The notes beneath the pieces are model-generated. The model saw only the letters and a list, made by a program, of their open reading frames with translations. It was not told where the DNA came from and did not search any database. From IMG/VR virus record IMGVR_UViG_3300042935_001404: a stretch of 64,000 nucleotides of DNA; one strand, 5' to 3'. This DNA is from a virus (lineage: Duplodnaviria; Caudoviricetes). Position numbers and translations under genes: made by a program. Shown one piece after another: positions 19,450-28,156 of the stretch. Position 1 is the first letter of the stretch. The number at the start of each line of letters is the position of its first letter.

Positions 19450-21030
19450 TTAGGCCAAATGTGTTATACTATAAGTTAGTGTAGCGGCCAAGCCGGTGTT
19501 GGTACTAATGTACTTTACAAAAACCGTGCTGCCAGTCTGAGTCACAGTGAGAGTAATGCCAGTACTGGCATTTTCTGTGTAGTCATCTGTGTAGTTTAAA
19601 CTGCCGCTTCCTGTGGTAGTTATGTTAATAATACCAGTTCGGTACGCTGTACCTCTCACAATGGTATAATTGATGCTGAGTGCAACAACACTGCCAAGGC
19701 TGTATGCGATTGCATTGGTGGGAGTAATGACGTTGTTTGTTAATGAAACTGCGAGTCCGGAGTCTCGAACATAGGTGCCCATGGCCAACTGTTGACCGTT
19801 TGTAAATGCAATACTTGCTTCGCCATTTAAATCAATTCTTGGATGCACAACAGCATAGGCATCTGCCCGTTCGAACATGTCACCAACACTTATGTTGTTG
19901 GCAGACAAGAAATCTATGATTGTGGTGTAGGGTTGTGTTATGCCACCAAAGTGGTTGCCAACATCGCCAAATGTGTTTTGTGCTGTGGCATTGCGATCAG
20001 AATAAAATATAATACCTTGTGCATATACAGTATCAAAATCGCAACTGGTAATTCCAAATCCTTGTGGATTGAATTCAGCACCATCAGGATTGACTTCTAA
20101 TAGAACGCCGTTGAACAAGGTTGAAAAATGTGCGCCTGTGATACCTACTCCGCGAACATGTCGATCTGTTCTAACTCCGTATGTTGTTCCAGTGAATCCG
20201 CAGTTGTCAAATTTAATTTGATGTACATCTAACGCATCACTATTGTCAAATCTAACACAAGCAGTGTTGTCGGTATCCACTGTGAGATCTGCTGTGGTCA
20301 ATGGTCCAACAAATTGCACTTGATTGAAAATACAGTCGGATGCTCGATCAATGAATGCAATATCCATTGGATCAACGGATTGGAAACACATGTTTTCAAT
20401 TGTAATACTTGTGGGCGGTGTTGCACTGTTTGTGCCAATGTTGGCACCTGTTTGTTGTAAACTGTCGCTGGTCTGTACCACGTATGATGCTGCCGAGCCG
20501 GCAGCCATTTGAATGATACTGTTCAGAGGACCTTCACCTTGTAATGTAGCATAAGGAGGAACATTAATTGTGCCAGTGACAAGATATACGCCGGCTGGAA
20601 AGAATAAACTTCTGCGAATTGCAGGATTTACTTCTCTGCAATAAAGTTGATAAAGTGCGCGGTTAATGGCCGCAGTGTCATCTGTAATACCATCGCCCAC
20701 TGCACCAAAGTCTTTGACAGTGGCAAACTGATCCATCCAATTTTGGAGAGATAGTTGTACTGGAGTTCCGGGTGATGGGCCAGTTTGTACTGTGTATCCC
20801 GTGGCTTCTTCGCCGCTGTAAGTGTAATCCTGTACCAGCGGAATAATTTCAGAAAATTCTGTTAAGATTTCAGTGTTGCCGATAACTGGAGCGCCGTCTT
20901 GAAGAGTTCCGTTGCCAATGAACAATCTGCGTTCGTCAATGCTCCATCCGAATTCAGCACCGGCCAGTTGCGGTAGATTTTCCTGTAACCCTTTACGCTG
21001 GGTAATTCGCGAAATTTGTACAATAGCCAA
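19450..21030 (-). CDS. Tail fibre/spike with Mtd-like N-terminus and pectate-lyase-3 beta-helix
   Basis: MAIVQISRITQRKG...EFGWSIDERRLFIGNG; ATVKDFGAVGDGITDDTAAINRAL; TTG start, late promoter 21054-21061. Confidence 0.8.
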   Translation of the reverse strand: MAIVQISRITQRKGLQENLPQLAGAEFGWSIDERRLFIGNGTLQDGAPVIGNTEILTEFSEIIPLVQDYTYSGEEATGYTVQTGPSPGTPVQLSLQNWMDQFATVKDFGAVGDGITDDTAAINRALYQLYCREVNPAIRRSLFFPAGVYLVTGTINVPPYATLQGEGPLNSIIQMAAGSAASYVVQTSDSLQQTGANIGTNSATPPTSITIENMCFQSVDPMDIAFIDRASDCIFNQVQFVGPLTTADLTVDTDNTACVRFDNSDALDVHQIKFDNCGFTGTTYGVRTDRHVRGVGITGAHFSTLFNGVLLEVNPDGAEFNPQGFGITSCDFDTVYAQGIIFYSDRNATAQNTFGDVGNHFGGITQPYTTIIDFLSANNISVGDMFERADAYAVVHPRIDLNGEASIAFTNGQQLAMGTYVRDSGLAVSLTNNVITPTNAIAYSLGSVVALSINYTIVRGTAYRTGIINITTTGSGSLNYTDDYTENASTGITLTVTQTGSTVFVKYISTNTGLAATLTYSITHLA

Positions 21031-21048
21031 TTTAGTTGTCCTCTGTGA

Positions 21049-21768
21049 TTAACTATTTAGCATATAATACTGCTCTACTCGTTTCCACCAAAGACCGCAG
21101 TATTTTTCAAACTCGTTGCCCTCTAGTACAAATTCCTGGTATTCAGGTGTGGTAAGCACATTGCCCATGTCATCAGTTGTGGGTTTGACACACATTAAAA
21201 TAACACCTTTTTTAATCTTTGTTCCGTGCAGTTCGTTATGTGCTTCTGCATAGGCGCAAAGTTGTAAAAAGTAATCGTCGATCCATTCACGTTTTTTGGG
21301 CTTGTTGGTTTGTTTGTAGTCTATGATGGCTTCTTCGTTTAAGTGCAGGCCGGCAGCATCTGTTGTGCCTGCATACACCTTGGGAAAATATAGTGGAACT
21401 TCGTAGCCCCAAAACTCATTCACCCGATTGGTAATTCCTTCATTAATCACTGTTTCTGCCATGGCATGACTTGCCCACCCAAACGGGTTTGTACCACGGT
21501 CTTTTAGTTCGCCATTCTTGACATAGTGTTCCAGGTAGGTGTGCATACGTGTGCCGCGGTTAGCAGCCTCAGTGGTAATCTGTTGTGCCTTTTCGTAGCC
21601 AACACGTCGGCGCCATTGTTCAAGAATTAACTTTTTTTCTTCAGGCTTGGTTTTGTCAAGGATAGTCGTGACACTGGGTAACTTGTTGCCGTCAGGAGTG
21701 GCATAAAAACGTTTGCCATTTACTTCTACACGCGGCACCGGTGTGTAATTAAATTTTGGATTGTACAT
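21049..21768 (-). CDS. PD-(D/E)XK exonuclease (T4-like phage, Cas4/RecB-like fold)
   Basis: LPSVTTIL, RGTRMH..LE, YAGTTD, IIDYKQ, QLCAYA. Confidence 0.85.
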   Translation of the reverse strand: MYNPKFNYTPVPRVEVNGKRFYATPDGNKLPSVTTILDKTKPEEKKLILEQWRRRVGYEKAQQITTEAANRGTRMHTYLEHYVKNGELKDRGTNPFGWASHAMAETVINEGITNRVNEFWGYEVPLYFPKVYAGTTDAAGLHLNEEAIIDYKQTNKPKKREWIDDYFLQLCAYAEAHNELHGTKIKKGVILMCVKPTTDDMGNVLTTPEYQEFVLEGNEFEKYCGLWWKRVEQYYMLNS

Positions 21769-23029
21769 GTTGCAAATGAGAGTTGTATATATGTTTATGG
21801 GCGTCTGACAGTTTGTCAAACAGTTTGGAATTTAGGGTGTAGCTATCAGTATCGGTGCGATTGTCGTAATCTGCGGTAAATTTTAAATATTCTGTAAATG
21901 TTGGTTCTGTGTTTCGTTTATTATTCATAACAGTGGACAACATTGACGTGAAATATCCTTTGAGTACATCGGTGCGTTTGTATTTTTTAAACACTGTGTG
22001 GTTTACGCATTGCTCTAACAGTTCAATCAGTTGCGGGTAGTATTGCAATGATAAACTTTCTACCATCAATGGCTCAGGATTATACAAGTGTATGTTTGAC
22101 ATCCATAAATCTGTTTGTGTTTGATCTGCCCAGCGTTCCCACCAATCAAGATAATCTGTTGCATAAAAAATATTGTTCAATGAAAATACAGGACTAACCG
22201 ACAACGAAAATTTTCCTGGATATTGTTGACTCAACGAATTGAATGTTTTTAAGTTGTCTTCAATTTTGTTAAATTTAGCAGGCCATCTCACATAATGATA
22301 ATTTTCCCCAACGCTGTCGATGCTTGAAAGAAATTCTATGCGTTTGAACAATGCAAATTTTTCAGAAAATTTTTCAGATATGCTAGGCACAAGACTGGTA
22401 GTAATACGCAGTGTAGTTGTCCCTGCTAAGTTTTCTGCAATCAACCAATCAACTAATTTTAAAAATCCAGGTTGCACCATTGTTTCGCCACCAATTGGAT
22501 GTACAATGAAGTTATCAGTTTCGTTATGTTTGCAAAGAATCATGTCAACTAGTGCATTCCAATGGTTCTCGTTTGTTGAAATATCAATTTCGTATTCAGT
22601 CTCAGCCGGGCGACCCATCAGCTTGGACCATAAACTGCTGTCAGTTTCGTTGCAACTGCGACAGGCTAAATTACATAAATTGCTGAATTTCATTCCAACT
22701 TGGAATTCAGTTGTTTTTCTGGACTGCTTAAACTGTTCTAGTTCGTCGGCCGAGTAACCCAGCATGTATTTTACACGTTCTGACTGTGCTTGATTTTGTT
22801 CATCGTGTGTGCATCGCCAGCAATGCTCTGACACAATGTTCTTTGACATGTCTTGCTTGACATTTTCTATAAAACTAAAATCCAGATCTTTATTTGTTTT
22901 AGATATGTCTAAATTACAACAAGTTGTAACTTTAAATTTGTCAAATTGAAATCTGAAATCGTATGCAGAATAAGGTGCTGTGCAAAATTCAGGATTATTT
23001 TTAATCCATTGAATTGTTTGTGAGGTCAT
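21749..23029 (-). CDS. Radical SAM protein with N-terminal SPASM/twitch-like Cys cluster
   Basis: FCTAPY, TCC, CWRC at the N-terminus; CNLACRSC (CxxxCxxC); GGET motif; ATGA overlap with iscA. Confidence 0.88.
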   Translation of the reverse strand: MTSQTIQWIKNNPEFCTAPYSAYDFRFQFDKFKVTTCCNLDISKTNKDLDFSFIENVKQDMSKNIVSEHCWRCTHDEQNQAQSERVKYMLGYSADELEQFKQSRKTTEFQVGMKFSNLCNLACRSCNETDSSLWSKLMGRPAETEYEIDISTNENHWNALVDMILCKHNETDNFIVHPIGGETMVQPGFLKLVDWLIAENLAGTTTLRITTSLVPSISEKFSEKFALFKRIEFLSSIDSVGENYHYVRWPAKFNKIEDNLKTFNSLSQQYPGKFSLSVSPVFSLNNIFYATDYLDWWERWADQTQTDLWMSNIHLYNPEPLMVESLSLQYYPQLIELLEQCVNHTVFKKYKRTDVLKGYFTSMLSTVMNNKRNTEPTFTEYLKFTADYDNRTDTDSYTLNSKLFDKLSDAHKHIYNSHLQHVQSKI

Positions 23030-23346
23030 ATTCTGAATGATTCTCCACAGCCACAACGATCACGCTCATTTGGATTGCGAAATTCAAACCCTTCATTGAG
23101 TCCTTGTCGAACATAGTCAACTGTGATGCCTTGCAAATACGCACCAGATTTAGGATCTACAAATACTCGACAGTTGGCACAGTCAAAACACTGATCCTCG
23201 GGTTGTGGATTGTCTACATATTCTAACACATAGGCAAGTCCAGAGCAACCAGTGGTTCTGACTCCAAGTCTGATTCCTTCACCGTGTCCACGGCGAGTTA
23301 ATGTTTGTTGAATTTTTCGAGCGGCAGCATCAGTTAACGAGATCAT
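23026..23346 (-). CDS. iscA: Fe-S cluster assembly A-type carrier IscA
   Basis: GVRTTGCSGLAY, FEFRNPN, CGCGESF. Confidence 0.95.
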   Translation of the reverse strand: MISLTDAAARKIQQTLTRRGHGEGIRLGVRTTGCSGLAYVLEYVDNPQPEDQCFDCANCRVFVDPKSGAYLQGITVDYVRQGLNEGFEFRNPNERDRCGCGESFRI

Positions 23347-23722
23347 GCTTCTTACGATAGTCGTCTACAGCCGCTTTGATTGCGTCTTCGGCTAGAATGC
23401 TACAATGGATCTTCACGGGGGGTAAGGCCAATTCTTCAGCGATGTCGGAGTTTTTGATTGCTCCTGCTTGGTCGATGTGCATGCCTTTGACCCACTCGGT
23501 AATAAGGCTCGAGCTCGCAATAGCCGATCCGCAGCCATACGTTTTAAAACGTGCATCTGTAATAATACCTGTATCATTATCGACCTTTATTTGTAATTTC
23601 ATGACATCCCCGCAAGCAGGTGCGCCAACCATACCAGTGCCAATATCAGTATCAGTCTTGTCAAAAGATCCGACATTCCTGGGATTTTCATAGTGATCAA
23701 CTACCTTTTTGGAGTATGCCAT
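23330..23722 (-). CDS. iscU: Fe-S cluster scaffold IscU
   Basis: MAYSKKVVDHYENPRNVG, GAPACGDVM, YGCGSAIA, LPPVKIHCS. Confidence 0.97.
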   Translation of the reverse strand: MAYSKKVVDHYENPRNVGSFDKTDTDIGTGMVGAPACGDVMKLQIKVDNDTGIITDARFKTYGCGSAIASSSLITEWVKGMHIDQAGAIKNSDIAEELALPPVKIHCSILAEDAIKAAVDDYRKKHDLVN

Positions 23723-23728
23723 GTGTGT

Positions 23729-23932
23729 TTACTCTGGTTTAATGTTGGATGCCTGCAGGCCTTTTTGTCCTTGAACCACATCGTATGTCACACGTTGATT
23801 TTCCTTGAGGACTTTAAAGCCTTGCGTCTGAATTGCTGAATAGTGTGCAAACAATTCTTCGCCACCTTCGTCTGGAGTAATAAACCCAAAACCTTTGGTT
23901 TCATTAAACCACTTTACTTTACCTAATGCCAT
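23729..23932 (-). CDS. csp: Cold-shock domain protein
   Basis: [15 protein letters not shown] (RNP1), LFAHYSAI (RNP2). Confidence 0.95.
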   Translation of the reverse strand: MALGKVKWFNETKGFGFITPDEGGEELFAHYSAIQTQGFKVLKENQRVTYDVVQGQKGLQASNIKPE

Positions 23933-24041
23933 ATACTGCTACTACTTTCTGTTTTAATTTACTAATTTACAATTACTTTGTACACGTTCTTGTGTCTACC
24001 TACCTCAAATGTATTATACTACATTCTGTGTGTATTTACTA

Positions 24042-24935
24042 TCATTTTGGTTCTTTTATCCAGGACTTTTTACGATCACTGAAAGTAATTGGTTTGTATT
24101 CGTATGATTCTGGGCAGAACTTACATTGATCAATTTGATTGTCAATCGTGTCAATAAATTCTTTGCCCCGGATGTCAAATTCATCAATGGTCAACGGCTT
24201 ATAGCCGTGTAGCATAGCACGATCCTCATCGCTTATTTCAAAATGGTATTGATCATCAAATTCGGGCATTAATGCAGCCGGTCCGCATTTATAAATCTTA
24301 CCATTGATCATGTGATAATTTTTAAATCTGCGAAAAGTGCAGTTTTCGTGTGCCCGTGCAGGATCACTTTGATACAGTGTGTACTTGTTATCTGGCAGTT
24401 CAATGATATTGCTTTGAACAAACTTGTTGCTCATCCAGGCGTGAATTTTTAATTTTTTATCATTAATAAATTGATAATCGCTACCAATTGGATCATCCTT
24501 GTGTTGTGTTTCTATTACAGTGGGTCCCAAGAAGTTTCGTACACGAGCAAATATTTCTTCTCGGTCATTGGGATTGTGTATGCTAATGCCTAGCCAATTG
24601 CCTACCTTAGGATCAAGTGCTTCTTCAAGTCCTTTGACACAATCAATTCTAGTGCCGTTGCTTTGGACTTGGGTTCCTGAATGATTGGGCCATAGTTTAT
24701 TAACGCCAGTGATCCACTTGACAATGTCAGGATTAAGCAGTGGTTCGCCGCCAAGGATTACAGGATGTCGTATATCTATTTTTTCTGCCCAGCGTGTGAG
24801 AACAGGTTCGGCTTCTGCCCAACTTTGCCAACCGCTGAATTTATAATTGTTATATCGGTTACAACCATTGCAGGTTAGGTTACACACGTTGGTGATGTAG
24901 AATTCTAACTTGTCAATCAAGATTTTTTGTGTCAT
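24042..24935 (-). CDS. Radical SAM protein with C-terminal twitch/SPASM-like motif
   Basis: ITNVCNLTCNGC, LGGEPLLNP, C...GKIYKC...CKFCP; late-type ATTAAATA 24943-24950. Confidence 0.88.
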   Translation of the reverse strand: MTQKILIDKLEFYITNVCNLTCNGCNRYNNYKFSGWQSWAEAEPVLTRWAEKIDIRHPVILGGEPLLNPDIVKWITGVNKLWPNHSGTQVQSNGTRIDCVKGLEEALDPKVGNWLGISIHNPNDREEIFARVRNFLGPTVIETQHKDDPIGSDYQFINDKKLKIHAWMSNKFVQSNIIELPDNKYTLYQSDPARAHENCTFRRFKNYHMINGKIYKCGPAALMPEFDDQYHFEISDEDRAMLHGYKPLTIDEFDIRGKEFIDTIDNQIDQCKFCPESYEYKPITFSDRKKSWIKEPK

Positions 24936-24972
24936 GTAACGATATTTAATGCCATTAACTGGCAAGAGTGTT

Positions 24973-25314
24973 TTATTGGCGACGCTTCAAGGCTGCTTTG
25001 GCATTGCTGTCAACAACTTCACGTGCTTGGTCAACACTCATGCCTGTGGTGGCTTCGGTGTTGCCTTTGAATCTAACTATGCCTGAATTTGGTTCAAGTG
25101 GTTCAAGCAAGTTGCTCAATGGTTCACGGCTGATCATGTCACCAAGATTTTGTTCAGTTACGTTAACGCCCATTGACTGAGCTAAATCAATAAATGCTGC
25201 TTGACTAATTTGTTTTGAGGCTGCTTCGTCATCGGCTCTGTCGCTGAGAAACTGAGTCAGCGCCGCTAGTTTAAGAGCGCTGTTGGCAGTTTCATTAAAC
25301 TCACGTAGACGCAT
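24973..25314 (-). CDS. Late/virion protein
   Basis: MRLREF N-terminus (L-x-E), coupled to upstream gene. Confidence 0.65.
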   Translation of the reverse strand: MRLREFNETANSALKLAALTQFLSDRADDEAASKQISQAAFIDLAQSMGVNVTEQNLGDMISREPLSNLLEPLEPNSGIVRFKGNTEATTGMSVDQAREVVDSNAKAALKRRQ

Positions 25315-26204
25315 TATCTGCGCTCGCGACCTAGTCCAGTTTTAACGGGCTCTTCAAGGTCTGCTTCTGCATCGGCAGCAAGTGCATCTAGTTCTGCACC
25401 AGGTTCGGCAGGCATTTCGGCACCAGCATCCATGGCTGGCATTTCTGCGCCAACATCAGGAGCTGTTTCGCCTGGCACTATAGGTGCTTGACCTGTCACT
25501 GTGCCCATGGCAGTTTCTAATTGAATCTTGGATTGCTGTAGGTTCTGTACCATTCCGCCCAGTGCGGCAGTGGCATCTGCATTGAATTTTGTAGCTTGGT
25601 CATAGCCAATTTCGTTACGGATCTGGTCAACCAATGCTGGCAAATCTTTGAACTGTATAGAAGTAACCTGTTCAATCATGCGCTGAACTTGATCAACCAT
25701 GTCTTGGCTGGCCAAGATAACCTGTGCTTGTTGTACTTCGCTCTCGGCTAATCGACGTCCTGTTTTACGACGACTTTCAGCGGCCATTGCGGCAGACAAG
25801 GCAGCGCCTTGTACCATCTTTTGTTCGTCTGGTGACAGTGTTTGACCGGCAGCACTTTTGGTCATTGCTGACTTGAGTTTAGGATCAGAAATTTTACTGA
25901 GAGCCTGTTTTGTTTTGTTAGGGTCTGGCATTCCCATTGTTGTGTCTGCCGGAATCTCTTCTTTGATTTTTTTAGCCAACACCTGCTCTAGCATTACTAG
26001 TTTTAGGTATGCCGAATCCTGTTCGCTCTTATGGAATGCAGGTGTGCGGCGATGCTCACCCAGTAAACCACGCACCCGGCCTAACATAGCATGTGCTTGA
26101 CGCTTTGAAATTGATTCAAAGGTAATGCTTTTACCAAAGTAACTTTCGAATACTTTAGCGACTTGTTTTGTTTGCGGCAGCACGGCCAATTCTTGCAGTT
26201 TCAT
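25314..26204 (-). CDS. Late/virion protein with acidic P/A-rich C-terminus
   Basis: MKLQEL N-terminus, internal RLAESE, late promoter 26228-26235. Confidence 0.7.
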   Translation of the reverse strand: MKLQELAVLPQTKQVAKVFESYFGKSITFESISKRQAHAMLGRVRGLLGEHRRTPAFHKSEQDSAYLKLVMLEQVLAKKIKEEIPADTTMGMPDPNKTKQALSKISDPKLKSAMTKSAAGQTLSPDEQKMVQGAALSAAMAAESRRKTGRRLAESEVQQAQVILASQDMVDQVQRMIEQVTSIQFKDLPALVDQIRNEIGYDQATKFNADATAALGGMVQNLQQSKIQLETAMGTVTGQAPIVPGETAPDVGAEMPAMDAGAEMPAEPGAELDALAADAEADLEEPVKTGLGRERR

Positions 26205-26652
26205 TATCGAATCCTCGTTGTTGATAATATTTAGCCCAATTCACACATTTGGCTAATCTATTTTCTATTTCTTTTTTCTTTAAAATCTTGTTTTCTAACT
26301 TAGTCAGAATGATTTCACGTTGATCGGCATTTTTAGTACGATCGCCAATGGCAGCTCTGGTACTGATATCTACAGTCAAATGGTGTAAATTGTTGTCTAA
26401 CTGTATTAAATCTCGGGCTACATTGTACTGCTTAAACTTGTCAGCAATGCACCAACTCAATGCTGATTTAGTAGTGTGAAAAACGCCAACATCAGTTAAG
26501 GCACAGTGTACTCTGTAGCCTAAACTTTCTTTAACAATGCTGTATTTTCCAAATACTGTATAGTCTCCATCAGAATTTTTCCAGATGCTGTTGTGTTCTA
26601 GAGTGGGGAATTCTTTAAGTATTTCTCGGGAAATTTCTTTATCTATTTTCAT
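26155..26652 (-). CDS. Conserved hypothetical protein
   Basis: 165-aa ORF coupled by ATGA. Confidence 0.65.
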   Translation of the reverse strand: MKIDKEISREILKEFPTLEHNSIWKNSDGDYTVFGKYSIVKESLGYRVHCALTDVGVFHTTKSALSWCIADKFKQYNVARDLIQLDNNLHHLTVDISTRAAIGDRTKNADQREIILTKLENKILKKKEIENRLAKCVNWAKYYQQRGFDNETARIGRAAANKTSR

Positions 26653-26912
26653 TTAAAAACATAAGTTACAAGCAGCCAACCAATGACCGCGGCCATAGAG
26701 CCCATTGCACCCAGACCCCATGAAATCAGTTGGTCGTTGCGTTTGGCGGCCATGTCTCTGACCATATCACGTATCTGAGCCACCATCTGCTCTAGACTGG
26801 CAATTTTAGCATCTACGTTATCTAAACGCAGTTCTAATTGACTATAGCGTTCTGCACACAGTTCTACGTGTGCTTCTAGACTTTTTTTCTCAATAGCAGT
26901 GGTATCAACCAT
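26649..26912 (-). CDS. Coiled-coil plus C-terminal TM protein (XhlA/holin-like architecture)
   Basis: LEAHVELCAERY coiled coil followed by WGLGAMGSMAAVIGWLL; late promoter 26931-26938. Confidence 0.55.
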   Translation of the reverse strand: MVDTTAIEKKSLEAHVELCAERYSQLELRLDNVDAKIASLEQMVAQIRDMVRDMAAKRNDQLISWGLGAMGSMAAVIGWLLVTYVFK

Positions 26913-26913
26913 G

Positions 26914-27354
26914 TTAGGTCTCCAATGCATTATTTATGGCTATCGGAGCGAACCATATGTTCTGTTGGTGGCCGTGAGTAACCAACACAGAAGACATTTC
27001 AGGTCTATTGTCCAGGCCTAACAACATGGGCACACCTTCTGCATCTGCACGTAGCACAGCGGTTAAATCATCATCAGTTCCGTAAATGTTATCAGTTTCT
27101 GTTTCAAATTCAAACATCCAGGCACGATTTAATTGGTCCACAGTGGGTTCTTGTATACGGAACAACTGTGTGCGGAGTCCTAGTATTTGTGTGAGTGTTT
27201 CCCAGTTGCGCTGTTGATTTCTAGCACGACCCCAGTCGGCCTCGTCGGTTATGACATTGCCTGCGTGATCACGGAACGGCACACGGGCAGGTTTGTAGTG
27301 CCCAGTAACTCCTGTGGCAGTGATGTCAAAGAAAGTTTGTACTACAAATCTCAT
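26914..27354 (-). CDS. Conserved late protein
   Basis: FDITATGVTG...RNQQRNWETL.Q..GLRTQ. Confidence 0.65.
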   Translation of the reverse strand: MRFVVQTFFDITATGVTGHYKPARVPFRDHAGNVITDEADWGRARNQQRNWETLTQILGLRTQLFRIQEPTVDQLNRAWMFEFETETDNIYGTDDDLTAVLRADAEGVPMLLGLDNRPEMSSVLVTHGHQQNIWFAPIAINNALET

Positions 27355-27605
27355 GAGGTCTTTTTGCTTAGTTCGTACAAGACTTCAACCTTGTTGCACA
27401 ATTCATCCAGTGCTACATTGTTGTGGCGTGATTCAAATATTTCTGCCCAGCGACGTTTGTTTTCAAGTTCTTCAAGTTCTTGTTTTAATTTAGGGTCTTG
27501 GTAGTGCAAGGATTTTGAACTGTTTCCGGGTTGGCGAGCATACACTGTGCGCCCGCCGTCGGGACTTTCAAATATTGTTACTTCAGTTATTTTGCTTACC
27601 ATCAT
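27351..27605 (-). CDS. Conserved hypothetical protein
   Basis: IFESPDGGRTVYAR; late promoter 27613-27620. Confidence 0.65.
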   Translation of the reverse strand: MMVSKITEVTIFESPDGGRTVYARQPGNSSKSLHYQDPKLKQELEELENKRRWAEIFESRHNNVALDELCNKVEVLYELSKKTS

Positions 27606-27628
27606 GATGAAGTATTTAATGTCAAAAG

Positions 27629-27657
27629 AAAACCCTGGGTTTTATTCCAGGGTTTTT
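27629..27657. terminator. Intrinsic terminator hairpin (possibly bidirectional)
   Basis: AAAACCCTGG-loop-CCAGGGTTTT with A/T runs on both sides. Confidence 0.75.
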
Positions 27658-27676
27658 GCGTCAAAAACTATTTAGA

Positions 27677-28087
27677 TTAGTTTGTGAATGTTGCTGTAGC
27701 GGCTGTGGTAACAGCGTAGCCTAGTGAAGCAGTCAATGCCACATCTAGATCTTCACCGTTGGCATAGTTCCATGCACCAGTTGGGTATGTGGCCAAGGCC
27801 AATGTAGCTTGGTTAGAACCCACTGTGGTGAATTCATACATAGCGATTGTGCATTTAGTTTGAATAGTCAAGAATGCAATGCCCAATGAAGTAGCACTTA
27901 CAGTAGCGTTACCAGTGAAAGTAACTGTACCGAAGTCTAACTTAGGACCTGCAACGTTAACTGTTGCGCCACTGGTTACTGTGTTAGCACCACTGTTCCA
28001 GCCTGCGCCAGGTGACGAAGGAACTGTACCAGCATCCATGTTGACAACTGGTTCAAAGTTGCCGTTTACTTGTGTAATATAAGCCAT
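27677..28087 (-). CDS. Highly expressed virion protein (decoration/tail-like, T/A/G-rich)
   Basis: TAAGGAG RBS, late promoter CATAAATA 28128-28135, own terminator. Confidence 0.6.
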   Translation of the reverse strand: MAYITQVNGNFEPVVNMDAGTVPSSPGAGWNSGANTVTSGATVNVAGPKLDFGTVTFTGNATVSATSLGIAFLTIQTKCTIAMYEFTTVGSNQATLALATYPTGAWNYANGEDLDVALTASLGYAVTTAATATFTN

Positions 28088-28156
28088 TTAAAATCTCCTT
28101 AGTGTATGGTCGCTTTGGACCTGCATTTATTTATGCCGTAAGGAAAAAAACTCCGG

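Noticed and set aside
21049-21768. Cas4 / CRISPR adaptation gene
   Set aside because: No array or other cas genes, and no four-Cys Fe-S motif; fits the common T4-like PD-(D/E)XK exonuclease.
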